Source: Lama glama (taxonomy: Eukaryota). From it: a stretch of 64,000 nucleotides of DNA. The notes under the pieces were generated by a model. It did not search any database. It was not told where the DNA came from and worked only from the letters and a program-made list of their open reading frames with translations. The translations under genes were made by a program, and so were the position numbers. Location of the stretch: the NCBI GenBank assembly GCA_028534125.1, contig CM052817.1, positions 59,026,001 to 59,090,000 on the forward strand, given 5' to 3'. Shown here one piece after another: positions 52,428 through 64,000 of the stretch (the first letter of the stretch is position 1; every line of letters begins with the position of its first letter).

Positions 52428-53780
52428 ACAAATCAATCTTTGCTCCTACCTTGGCCCTTCCATTGCACATCATTTCTCTTCCTTTAAGTGTCCATAGCTA
52501 TCCTTCTAGGCTTTTACTATACCCCAGGAACCTCTGATTCCAGCTTAAACTGATCATGTCTTCTGACTGCTGTGATGTTGTACCACACTGCTATTATATT
52601 TTGTGTTCCCTTATTGCCTAATTGTAAGTTATATTTAATCACACCGTTAAATACTGTTGAATAATAATTTTGTGTCATATATTTTGTTTCCCATGTAGAT
52701 TTGCAAGCATAGCTTTAGGAGAATAGTGGTGCTTATGAAATAATCGATTGACTTTTTTTAAATTTTCAAAATATTTACAAGCAAATGATGATTATTAAGT
52801 GCTGTAAAAAATTTCATCGTTTTGAGATAGTTTCGAGCCTTGATTTTGTAGATTAAGAGAAATGCATTAAGAGAGAAGGAGCCTGCACATTACCTTTAGG
52901 ACATCCAGTAAACCACCAGAAAGAAGCCAAGCATATAAAATCAAAACATACACAACCAATTTACAGCAGTAGGTCTACTTCAAGTGCTGTGACAATAAAA
53001 CAGCTGGTGTTAGCAGTGGATAAATAATTTACATAGAACGGAAAGGCAGCTAGAAAGGCCACAGATTTTTGGAAGCAATATTAGTGTCAACTTCTTAAGA
53101 TATAAGATTTTTCAAGTAAATAAAAATGTATAGGTGTGGCTACTAAAAATTTACTGAAAATTAGGATAACATTCTATTTGTACTTTTATACTAGAATATG
53201 TAACAGTTTTAAATGGAGTAATAATGTGTATGCTCTTTTTTATTCCTTTGGAAAAATATGCTAAAGCATCCCTCCCCCCCCCAATACACTAGAGTAGGGT
53301 TTAGTTGATGATGGAGAAAGAATGCAGGCATCATTAGGAATGTGATAATCAGAGGTTCGTTTAGCAAAAATAGGTTGAAGGGATCCATATTTCTTCTTAT
53401 CCAAAGAATAGGCTTGAAGTTAGTTTCTAACATAAAGCTTATGAGGTTAAGGAATTTATTTTACAGGTAGTGCCACAAATAATGCAGCCTCTAGAATTGG
53501 AAGCAGTTACTAGTACTTCCTTCTGAATAGTTTCTACCTATTTATTAGTAGCATTTAAAAAATATAAATTCTAGCTACAAAAAAATGTCTTGCCATCTGT
53601 TTCAAAAGATGTTCTAAAAAAACAAAATGTATCCAAATCAACCAAGTCAGTCTCTGTTCATGTTAGATGCTGGAGAGCGGGCAGAGAGAGACCATATGCA
53701 AGGGTCTTAATGTGGTCTGATGGCCATAAAACCTGCAGTGTAGCTAGAGACAAAGAAATGTGTGTAAGAAAATAATGGCA

Positions 53781-53913
53781 GGGGAGGGTATAGCTCAAGT
53801 AGTAGAGCACATGCTTAGCATGTACAAGGTCCTGGATTCAGTCCCTAGGACCACCTCTAAAAATATATAAATAAGTAAATAAACCTAATTACCTCCCCTC
53901 ATACCCCAAAAAT
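53781..53913 (+). mobile_element. tRNA-derived camelid SINE (Vic-1 type) with 12-bp TSD
   Basis: GGGGAGGGTATAGCTCAAGTAGTAGAG (A box), GGATTCAGTCC (B-box-like), AT-rich linker and 'aaacctaattacctcccc' tail. Perfect TSD aaaataatggca at 53769-53780 and 53914-53925. Confidence 0.9.
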
Positions 53914-54299
53914 AAAATAATGGCAAAGCATACATGGCATTATATTAATGGGTGCTAAATATTTTGATATAATCTATACTGTGTTCTCATCAAGAATGAG
54001 AACCGTTTGTCATCTTCAAATTCCCCATTTTTGGTGCTTAGTAAGTGTTTGTTCAATAAATAAAAAGAACAGAATGTGTTTAAAAGTGGGCTAGATCAGG
54101 AACTAAGCAGATCCTAAGCCTTGAGGAATAACCAGAATCTGAGTCAGTTTCTGGAATGGACTCCCAGTTTAGCCCTACTCTAGCCTTCAGTTTCTACGTC
54201 AACAGTCATCTCAGTTCTGTGGAGCAGTTTTCTTATTTCCCACACCCTCCTCACTGTTTTACAGCTGCTCTAGCAGTTTCATGTTTATCAATGTTTTCT

Positions 54300-54460
54300 A
54301 ACTATGTGTACTTGGAAAGTTATTTAAACACTCTGTGCCTCAGTGTTTTCATTAGAAACATAGTAACAGTTCCTATCATAGGATTATTGTATTGCATTAG
54401 TTTCTAGAAAGTACCTAGAACTATGTTTGGCACATAGCTATTGCTTGGAAACTGCTTGCT
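54300..54460 (+). mobile_element. MIR SINE
   Basis: 'ctatgtgtacttggaaagttatttaaacactctgtgcctcagtgttttcatt..cctatcataggattattgt..tagaactatgtttggcacatag'. Confidence 0.8.
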
Positions 54461-55519
54461 TCTGTTACAATAATGTTTTATTTTTGAGGAGCCAATATGA
54501 AATCCAAGTTCATTAAGAGTAAAATGTGCCTTATTTTCACAGAAGTAAATACAATCTCTTGTACAATAAAAGTTATTAGTAACCATCTGTGAATTGGTTT
54601 GATTTTTTAGGGAAAGAAAAGGTTTCGTGTGAAAGAAACAATAAATTATGTTTGGAGGGCTTTTTTTATCCATATGTGATGGTGGTTGAATTTTTATACT
54701 GTAGTTCTTGTTTCTCATTTACATGTAATGGGATCTTAAACATTTTCATTTTTAAAAAAATTGAAGGAAATGCTTTTGAGAAAGTTGTGTTAGGAAGATT
54801 TTATTTTTATTTTTATTTTTTTATTATTATTTTTATTTCCATCAGAATATCATGTTTATAAAATAAAATCTCTTGACATCCCTTTAGTAATTATATGTAC
54901 TTGCAGATTGCCTGGGAATTTAATTTACTGTCAAAAGCATTGTAATTAATATGAAATGTGTATTTTAATTTATCCTATAGAAGTAACAGAGTACTGTAAT
55001 TAAATAATAGTAATTGAGGAATTACCATCTTTCAGACAAAATTGTCACTAATAAGAATGAGTCCAATCCAACTTTTATCCCAAGGTAAAATTCTCATTAG
55101 AATCAAGATAAGCATTACATTGAGTCATGAAAAGTCAAGAAAATTCACCAAAATGTTTTACACAAAAATATTCAGAATTTTAAAAAATTATAGTCTATTC
55201 CATTTAATGCTAATTGTATTTTGAAACCTAAAGGATAAAATGCATGTGATTTCTAATAATTATTTTAATTGAATCCCAAGTGTTAATTGTTGATTCCTGA
55301 TTTTGAATTTGTGTGAGTATATGCACATGTGTGTGAATATTTTGGATACCTTATATTCTTCATAAAAAATTTGAAAAGTAAAACAGATTTCAGTTAAAAG
55401 TAATGTGCTAGGTACTAAATACTACGTTTATTGAGCACTATGAGATAGGCATTCTTACAGGTGATTTAGACCACTATTTTAAAAAGTTCTTATTAATGAC
55501 CATCTTCATCTAATCTAGC

Positions 55520-55770
55520 CAACCCCAGTCCCTTGCCTCTGGTCTCTTTTTCTGTGAATTTGTTTGATTGTTTGTTGAAGTATAATTGACCTACAATACT
55601 ATGTTAGTTTCTGATACACATAAGTGATTTAAAATCTCTGTGTATTACAGAATGACCATCATGATAAGTCTAGATATCACCTGTCACCATATAAAGATAT
55701 TACATTTTCATTGACTATATTCCCTGCCCTGTACATTTCATCCCCATGACATTTATTTTATAACTGGAAA
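55520..55770 (-). mobile_element. L1 3' UTR fragment
   Basis: 'ttgaagtataattgacctacaatactatgttagtttc..ctgtcaccatataaagatattac..ttgactatattccc..catccccatgac..ttttataactgga' is similar to 58267-58465. Confidence 0.85.
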
Positions 55771-55904
55771 TGTCTTGAAGGACTTTTTTTTTCCTTCAGT
55801 TTCACCAGGCCTAAAGTCCTGTAGCCTTTTTCATGTGCCTGGATCATACTAATTTTGGGGATGACTCCTTACTAAATGAGAGAAAGGTCATTAAGTCATA
55901 GTCT

Positions 55905-56085
55905 TAGATAATTTATTTAAACTCCATTGTTACAACCCTATGAATAAATTTTTATGACTACCATTTTCTGAATGAGGAACTAGGGCATAGTGTAGTAAAA
56001 TAACATCAGATAGAAATGGATTAATGGTATCAGAACTCTAGTAACTAGTGCCAAAATTTGATCTCCTAACCACCATGCTAACCGT
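55905..56085 (-). mobile_element. MIR SINE
   Basis: 'acaaccctatga..ccattttctgaatgaggaactagggcatag..taaccaccatgct'. Confidence 0.65.
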
Positions 56086-56567
56086 CTTCATCCAGATAGA
56101 AGATAGATATGAAAGACTGAAGCTTAAAGTGTTTTTCTGTGAATGATCAAATAACAACATCAACACAATTATTTAATAAGCTTACATTTGAAAATAGCAT
56201 TTTAAAATGGAAAACATTTATTTCTCCAAGTAATAGGTCAAAAGTGAACAAAGTTCCTCCATGATCTAGCCTGCTGTGTATTCTGAGAAGTATTAGCCAC
56301 TTTTCTCAATGTGTGATTCACCTAACATATAGTATCATGTAATCCCCTTTTTTTTTTTTTACAAAAGCATACATTTGGATATTCTTATCTTCTAATAGAG
56401 TAAGTGTAAACTCAAATTTGACGGGCATTTCTGTTTCAAAAACTGTAATCCTGTGTGATCCGGAATCAGTTAGCCATTTTTGGACTCAACTTTCCAGTCT
56501 GTAATTATCACCTCATTAGACTGAGTAAGTTCTAAACTGATTTTGGATTACTTTGGGTTAAACAGTG

Positions 56568-56780
56568 GAGGCAGCACAGAATAGTCGGGGGAAAATGTAG
56601 ACTTTGCACATAGAGGGCTAGATTCTAACTCTTATTTTGGTGGAGAATACTGATGAAATCACAAATCTCAATTTTTACTCCTGTAAAATGAGGATGAAAT
56701 AACCTACTTTACAGAATTGTTTATTGTGAGAATTAACTTAAGTAGCTAGTGGGTACTCAACAAAAGTTAACTATTATTCT
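56568..56780 (+). mobile_element. MIR SINE
   Basis: 'gaggcagcac..agactttg..ctcaatttttactcctgtaaaatgaggatga..acctactttacagaattgtt..gtgagaattaa..gtactcaacaaaagttaactattatt'. Confidence 0.75.
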
Positions 56781-57555
56781 TGAAAAATTATCTAATTATT
56801 TTATTTACTGTAATAATGTATCTTTGACCCAATTACAAATAACTATTTGCAGTGAACTTTACTACTAGGGTAACTTAATTTAAGTTATTAGACACAGAAT
56901 TTTAAATGATCTGGTGAGATTTAAATGATTTTGTTACTATGTTTTAAATCTGCTTGATTGAATATATTTGTGAATAAATATAAATACCATGCTTAGTCAG
57001 GAATATAATTTTAAATAAGCTCCTGATGCCCCTAATATGCCAAATGTCTTGCAGGTGATTCACATCTTGCAAGGGTGGATAGGTAGTTCTACAATAATTT
57101 TCAATCCAACTTGGATTTCTGTTTCATTTTCTTCTAACAAAATTGGATTTGGTGATACTTGACAACTGATAAGATTTTGTTTATTCTGCTATAAAGGTAG
57201 ACTTAAATAGGTTTCCACAGGGTTTATAGTTTTGGATTATAGCATTTTAGAGCCACATAAAAATGCATATCTGTCCACTTAAAATACTCTTTCTTCATTA
57301 TTTTTTATAAGCAATATTGCTCTGCCTTTGGTACTGGAATTTGAGAACCTAAACCATAATTATATGTTGTCCATTTCTATAATGAAACAGAAAAAAACAT
57401 AAAGGTCTAGACTCCTGTATGTCTTTATGGATAACATTTATTATACAATTACAAAAGTGTGGTGGACTAATAAACAAATTTGAGTCTTCATAATATGGCT
57501 AATACAGATACCTTGCTATTGGAAAATTAAGCATTCTAAAATTCGAGTCCTTTAC

Positions 57556-57929
57556 GGTCTTAGTCCATTTGGGCTGTTGTAGCATAACACCATAGACTGG
57601 GTAGCTTATTAACAACAGAAATTTATTTCTCATGATTCTTAAGGCTGGAAGTCCAAAATCAAGGTATGTCCAAATTCAGTGTTTGGTGAGGGCCTGCTTC
57701 CTGGTTCATAAATGGCTGTCTTTTTGCTGTGTTCTCATATGGCAGAAGGGTACAGGGAGATATCTGAGATCTCTTTTATGCTGACACTTATCCACTAGAG
57801 CCATGAAGGCTCTACCCTCATGACCTAAGTACCTCTCAAATGTTCCACCTCCAAATACTATCCCATTGGGGATTAGGTTTCAAGATATAAATTTTCATGT
57901 GGGAAGACACAAAAATTTAGTCTGTGGCA
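57556..57929 (-). mobile_element. MaLR solo LTR (MLT1A0-like), full length
   Basis: 'gtcttagtccatttgggctg..ccatagactgggtagctt..aacaacagaaatttatttctca..ggctggaagtccaaaatcaagg..ggtgagggcctgcttcctgg..ccctcatgacctaa..ccacctccaaatac'. Confidence 0.9.
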
Positions 57930-60108
57930 TTTACTAAATGAGGATCCAGGTAGAGTCCCAATTTTATTTTCTTCTTCAACTTCCATTTTCAGATTTCTTA
58001 TCAAACCCTCACATTGTGTATTTTCAATCCACCATTTATCCTCCAGGTATATCTATGAGTAATATAAACTTTTTAATGTTCTACATTTTTATTTATATAT
58101 TTTTTGATTTATTCAGCTATATTTTTTGATTCATTTTTGCAGTTCACTGTTTGAAATTCTAGCCTATGAAAAACCTCTTAATTATAATCTTATTGTCCAT
58201 TTATTACCTTTCAAATCGTTATAAATCAAAAGACTGTTGTAATCAACATTCTCCACTTTTTTTAAATTGAAATATAGTTGACATGCAGTATAATGATAGT
58301 TTCAGGTATACAACATAGTGATTTGACATTTGCATACATTATGGAATGATGACCATGGTAAATCTGGTGACCATCTGTCTACATGCGAAGTTATTACAGT
58401 ATTATTGACCAGATTCCTCATGCTGTATATTACATCCCCATGGCTTATTATTTTATAACTGGAGATTTGTACCTCTTAACCCCGCCGCTTATTTCATCCC
58501 CACCCCAATGCCCTCCCTTCCAGTAACTACTCATTTCTTCTTTGTATCCATGAATCTGTTTTCATTTTGTTTTGTTAATTTGTTTGATTGTTTTTTAGAT
58601 TCCACACATATGTGAGATCATACCATGTTTGTCTTTCCCTATCTTATTTCATTTACTATAATACCTTCTACATCCATCAGTGTTGTTGCAAATAGTAAGA
58701 TTTCATTCTTTATGGCTGAATTTTATATATATATCTCATATATAGCCACATCTTCTTTATCTACTTATCTGTTGATGGACACTTTGATTCCTTTCATATA
58801 TTGGCAATTATAAATAATGTAATGAACATTGGTGTGTGCATATAATTTTCAATTCGTGTTTTTGTTTTCTTCATGTAAATTTCCAGAAGTAAAATTCCTG
58901 CATGATATGGCAGTTCTATTTTTAATTTCTTGAGGAGAACCCATACTGATTTCCACAGTGGCTGAACCAATTTACAATCCTACCCACAGTTCCCTTTACT
59001 CCATATTCTTGCCAACATGTTATTCATTGTATTTCTGAGTATAACCATTCTGACAGGTGTGAGGTAATACTCATTGTGGCTTTGATTTCCATTTCCCTGA
59101 TGATTAGCAATATTGAGTATCTTTTCACTGGTCTGTTGCTTATCTGTATGTCTTCTCTGGAATGATGTCTATTCAAGGTCCTCTGCCCATTTTTTAAATA
59201 GAATTGTTAATTTTTTGAAATTGAGTTGTATGAGTTCTCTGTATATTTTGGATATTAACCCCCTTGTCAGATACATTGTTTGCAAATATGTCCTGCCATT
59301 CATCAGGCTCTCTTTTTGTTATACTGATAGTTTCCTCACTGTGCAAATGCTTTTTAGTTTGTTGTAGTTTAGTAGTCCCATTTGTTTATTTTTCTTTTGT
59401 TGCCCTTTCTGGAGGAGACAGATCCAAAAAATATTGCTGAGATTGATGTCAAAGAGTATACTGCCTCTGTTTTCTTCTAGGAGTTTTATGGTTTCTGATC
59501 TTTCATTGAAGTCTTTAAACCATTTTCAGTCTATTTTTATATGTGGTGTGAGAAAGTAGTCCAGTCTGATTCTTTTGCATGTAGCTGTCCAGTTTTTCCA
59601 ACACCACTTACTGAGGATGCTGTCTTTTCCCCATTATATAGTCTTGCCTCCTTTGTCTTAGATTTATTGATCATCTAACTGTGGGTTCATTTCTGGGCTA
59701 TTTCTGTTCCATTAATCTGTGCATCTGTTTTGTGCCAGTACCATGCTGTTACGATTACTTACTGTGACTTTGTAGTGTAGTTTAAAATCAGGGAGTGTGA
59801 TAATTCCAGCTTTCTTCTTCTTTCTCAGTATTGCTTTGGTATTTGGGGTCTTTTGTGCTTCCATACAAATTTTAGAATTATGTGTTCTGGTTCTATGAAA
59901 AATGCCATTGGTATTTTGATAAGGGTTGCACTAATTCTGTCAGTTGCCTTGGGTAATATGGTCATTTTAGTATTCTTTCTTCCAATCCATGAGTGCAGCA
60001 TAACTTCCCGTTTGTGTCATCTTCACTTTCTTTCATCAGCATCTTACAGTTTTCCAAGTAAAGGGTTTTTACCTCCTTAGATTTATTCCTTGGTATTTTA
60101 TTCTTTTT

Positions 60109-60948
60109 TAAATTGAAATATACTTGACTTATAATGTTATATTAGTTTCACGTGTACAGCATAGTGATTCAGTATTTTTGCCTGTTATATTCCACTAAAA
60201 GTTACTACAAGATAATGGCTATAATTCCCTCTGCTATACAATATATCCTTATTGTTTATCTTTTTTATACGTAGTAGTTTTTATCTGCTAATTTCATACC
60301 TCTAATTTGCCCTTCACCCTTCCCCTCTCCCTGTTGGTAACCACTGGTTTGTTTTCTATATTTACAAGAATATTTCTATTTTGCGTATACTATTTGTACT
60401 ATTTTTCATTTGTACTATGTTTTAGATTCCACATATAAGTGATATCCTACAGTATCTGTCTTTCTCTGTCTGACTTATTTCACTAAGCATAATATTCTCT
60501 AGGTCCATCTGCAAATAGCAGATTTTATTTTTATGGCTGAGTAATATTCCATTTATATATGTAAATTCCATTGTATATAAATTAATACAACTTCTTTACA
60601 CAGTCATCTGCTGATGACATTTGGGTTGTTTCTATGTCTTGGCTATTGTAAAGAGTGTTGCTATGAACATTAGGGTGCATGTATCTTTTGGAATTGGTAT
60701 TTTCATTTTCTCAGATACATACCCAGAAGTGGAATTTCTGGATCATATGGTATTTTCTATTTTTAGTTTTTTGAGTAACCTCATATTGTTTTCCATAGTG
60801 GCTGCAATAATTACATTACCACCAAAAGTGTAGAAGGGTTCCATTTTCTCTACATCTTCTCCAACATTTGTTATTTGTAGACTCTTTGATGACAGCCATT
60901 CTGATAGGCATGAGGTGATATCTCTCTCTCTCTCTTTTTTTATTTGGA
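60109..60948 (-). mobile_element. Nested 5'-truncated L1 3' end (~840 bp) with 15-bp TSD
   Basis: A second L1 tail starts at 'aattgaaatatacttgacttataatg'. TSD tattttattcttttt at 60094-60108 and 60949-60963. Host ORF2 sequence resumes after it. Confidence 0.9.
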
Positions 60949-62956
60949 TATTTTATTCTTTTTGATGCAATTGGAAATGCATTTTTTTTAATTTAACAGT
61001 GACAATTTTACTTCTTCCTTTCCAATTTGGATTCCTTTTATTTATTTTTTCTGTCTGTTGCTGTGGCTGGTACTTCCAAACTGTGTTGAATAAAAGCTTT
61101 GAGAATGGGCATACTTGTCTTATCCCTGATCTTAGAGGTAATTCTTTCAGCATTTCACCAATAAATATATTGTTGACTGTGGATTTGTCATTTATGGCCT
61201 CTATTATGTTGAAGTACCCTCTCTCTATACCTACTTTATTAAACGTTATTATCATTAATGGATTTTGATTTTGTCAAAAGCTTTTCCTGCAGCTATTGAG
61301 ATAACTCTATGATATTAATTCATTTATTGGTAATGTGGTGTATCACACTGATTGATTTGTGGGTATTGAAATATTTTTGTAACCTGGAATGCATCTCACT
61401 TGATCATGGTGTATGATCCTTTTAATGTATTACTGATTTATTTTGCTAATTTTGTTCATAATTGGCTGGGTTGTTTTTTTTTTTTTTTTTGGACGATGTT
61501 TTTGCAACTATATTCATCATTGATTGACCTAAAGTTTTCTTTTTCTGTGGTGTCTTTGTTGGCTTTTAGTATCATGGTGATGCTGGCCTACTGCAATGAG
61601 TTCAGAAGCAGTCCTTCCTCTTTAAGTTTTTGGAATAGTTTGAGAAAAATAGATGTTAACTCTTTTTTAAGTATTTGGTAGGATTCCTTTGTGAAGCCAT
61701 CTGGTCCTGGACTTTTGTTTGTTGGGAGTTTTTTCATTGCTGATTCGTTTTCATTAATGATAACTGTTCATATTTGCTATTTCTTCCTGTTCAGTCTTGG
61801 GAGATTGTATGTTTCTAGGAATTTATCAATTTCTTCTAGTTTGTTCATTTTATTGGCATATAATCTTTTCAGTAATCTCTTACTATCCTTTGTATTTATG
61901 TGGTGTAGGTTTTAACTTCTGTTTTATTTCTGATTTTACTGATTCGGGCCTTCTGTCTTTTTTTTCTTGCAGAGTCCAGCTAAAGGTTTATCAAATTTGT
62001 TTGCCTTTTCAAAGACTAATTCTTGAGTTCATTCATATTTTCTATTTTCTGACTCTTTTTCATTAATTTCTGCTTAATGTTTATTAGTTATTTTCTTCTA
62101 CTAACCCTTGGGTTTGTTCTTTTGATAGCTTTCATTAGGTGTAAAGTTAGGTTGTTTGAGATTTTTCTTGTTTTCTATTGTAGTCTTGTATGTCTATAAA
62201 CATCCTTCTTAGAACTGCTTTTGCTGCATCTCATAGATTTTGGCTCATTTTGTTACTATTTTCATTTGTCTCCAGGTTTTTTTTCATTTCCCCTTTGATT
62301 TCTTCAATAACCCATCGGTTGTTTAATAGCATGTTATTTAGACTCCACTCTACTTCTTTATATTTTTTGCAGATTTTTCTTATAGTTGATTTCTAGTTCC
62401 ATAGAGTTGTGGTTAGAAAAAAATATTTGATATGATTTCAGTCATCTTAAATGTAGTGACAGTTATTTTGTGGTGTAGCATGTGATCTTTCCTGGGGAAC
62501 ATTCCATGTGCACTTGAGAAGAATGTATATTCTGCTGCTTTGGGTTAGGAAGTTCCACATGTATCTGTTAAGTTAATCTGGCCTAATGTGTCATTTATGG
62601 TGAGTATTTCCTTGTCGATTTTCTGTTTGGGTAATCTGTCCACTGGTGTGAGTGTGGTGTTAAACTCCCTTACTATTATTTTGTTACTATCAATTTCTGC
62701 CTTTTTATTTGTTAATATTTGCTTTATGTATTTAAGTGTTCCTATATTGTATGCATATATATTTATTGTTATAATTTCTTTTGGACTGATCCCTTTATCA
62801 TTATATAATATCTTTCTTTTTCTCTTATTACGGCCTTTGTTTTTAAGTTCATTTTGTCTGATGAAGGATTGCTATTCTAGTTTTCTTTTCATGGAATAAT
62901 TGTTTTCTATTCTTTCACTTTCAGTCCGAGTCTATCTTTAGATCTGAAGTGAGGCT

Positions 62957-63031
62957 TATATATATATATATATATATTTGATTTGTGGTTGCCATGAGGT
63001 ATATATATTATACACACACACACACACACAC
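62957..63031. repeat. (TA)n and (CA)n microsatellites inside the L1
   Basis: tatatatatatatatatatat at ~62958-62978; tacacacacacacacacacac at ~63011-63031. Confidence 0.9.
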
Positions 63032-63144
63032 CGTGAGCTATATTTATAGTATTATATATTACATATATGATTAAGTTGATTGTATCAAATTTAAATATAT
63101 TCTAATAACTGAATTTTTACTTCATCCCTCCCTCATGTTTAATG

Positions 63145-63481
63145 TTTTTTTTTTTAACATTTTTTATTGATTTATAATCATTTTACAATGTTGTGTAAAA
63201 TTCCAGTGTTCAGCACAATTTTTCAGTCATTCATGGACATATACACAATCATTGTCACATTTTTTTCTCTGTGAGTTATCATAACATTTTGTGTATATTT
63301 CCCTGTGCTATACAGTGTAATCTTGTTTATCTATTCTACAATTTTGAAATCCCAGTTTATCCCTTCCCACCCTCCACCCCCCTGGCAACCACAAGTCTGT
63401 ATTCTCTATCATGAGTCTATTTCTGTCCTGTATTTATGCTTTGTTTTTGTTTGTTTGTTTGTTTTTGTTTTTTAGATTCCA
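63145..63481 (-). mobile_element. Young L1 3' end, cut off by the assembly gap
   Basis: Poly-T then 'aacattttttattgatttataatcattttacaatgttgtgtaaaattccagtg..'. Same subfamily as 38729-38963 and 5682-5743. Confidence 0.9.
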
Positions 63482-63981
63482 NNNNNNNNNNNNNNNNNNN
63501 NNNNNNNNNNNNNNNNNNNNNNNNNNNNNNNNNNNNNNNNNNNNNNNNNNNNNNNNNNNNNNNNNNNNNNNNNNNNNNNNNNNNNNNNNNNNNNNNNNNN
63601 NNNNNNNNNNNNNNNNNNNNNNNNNNNNNNNNNNNNNNNNNNNNNNNNNNNNNNNNNNNNNNNNNNNNNNNNNNNNNNNNNNNNNNNNNNNNNNNNNNNN
63701 NNNNNNNNNNNNNNNNNNNNNNNNNNNNNNNNNNNNNNNNNNNNNNNNNNNNNNNNNNNNNNNNNNNNNNNNNNNNNNNNNNNNNNNNNNNNNNNNNNNN
63801 NNNNNNNNNNNNNNNNNNNNNNNNNNNNNNNNNNNNNNNNNNNNNNNNNNNNNNNNNNNNNNNNNNNNNNNNNNNNNNNNNNNNNNNNNNNNNNNNNNNN
63901 NNNNNNNNNNNNNNNNNNNNNNNNNNNNNNNNNNNNNNNNNNNNNNNNNNNNNNNNNNNNNNNNNNNNNNNNNNNNNNNNN
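63482..63981. other. Assembly gap (exactly 500 N)
   Basis: Run of N counted directly from the coordinates. Confidence 0.99.
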
Positions 63982-64000
63982 TTACCACCCTTGTGAAGCT

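Larger units (their letters stand above)
58257..63144 (-). mobile_element. Large decayed L1 (3' UTR through ORF2 toward ORF1); host of nested insertions
   Basis: Poly-T tail at 58257, then continuous antisense L1. ORF 60953-61255(-) '..FNKVGIERGYFNIIEAINDKSTVNNIFIGEMLKELPLRSGIRQVCPFSKLLFNTV' is a degenerate L1 ORF2 RT segment (compare ..GTRQGCPLSPLLFNIV). Many stops and frameshifts. Confidence 0.95.

Noticed and set aside
53781..53855. Functional tRNA gene
   Set aside because: The acceptor stem does not pair well and the B box is degenerate. It has a SINE tail and TSD, so it is a SINE head.
149..62899. The supplied short ORFs (60-114 aa) as protein-coding genes
   Set aside because: No recognisable domains, composition typical of AT-rich noncoding DNA, many lie inside repeats, and no consistent exon chain. 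Only 60953-61255(-) has recognisable homology, and it is dead L1 ORF2.
63434..63996. Two long ORFs of 184 and 186 aa
   Set aside because: Artefacts of translating the N gap.
1..64000. CRISPR array, operon, prophage or other prokaryotic system; CpG-island promoter
   Set aside because: The sequence is mammalian repeat-laden DNA. There are no regularly spaced repeats with unique spacers, no long ORFs and no CpG-rich island.

Overview
AT-rich, CpG-poor mammalian genomic DNA with no recognisable protein-coding exon, RNA gene, CpG island or prokaryotic system. It is very probably camelid (alpaca, llama or camel), judged from a young tRNA-derived SINE of the Vic-1 type at 53781-53913 (perfect 12-bp TSD) and three related young L1 3' ends. 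Much of the window is decayed interspersed repeat: L1 of several ages (including a nested three-generation L1 stack at 58257-63481 that runs into a 500-N gap), L2, MIR, MaLR/ERVL/ERV1 solo LTRs and DNA transposon fossils (MER47/Tigger5-type, MER2B, MER58A, MER5A). Most L1s and LTRs are on the minus strand, which suggests a large intron of a plus-strand gene. The supplied ORFs are chance ORFs, L1 ORF2 debris or N-gap artefacts. The most notable unexplained structure is an ungapped, diverged 53-bp direct repeat (37688-37740 and 37881-37933). It keeps an E-box and a TAATTGGGTTA homeodomain-type site at fixed spacing and is a candidate ancient, possibly repeat-derived, enhancer. Repeat family names come from recalled consensus sequences, not a database search. 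Boundaries of old repeats are approximate.
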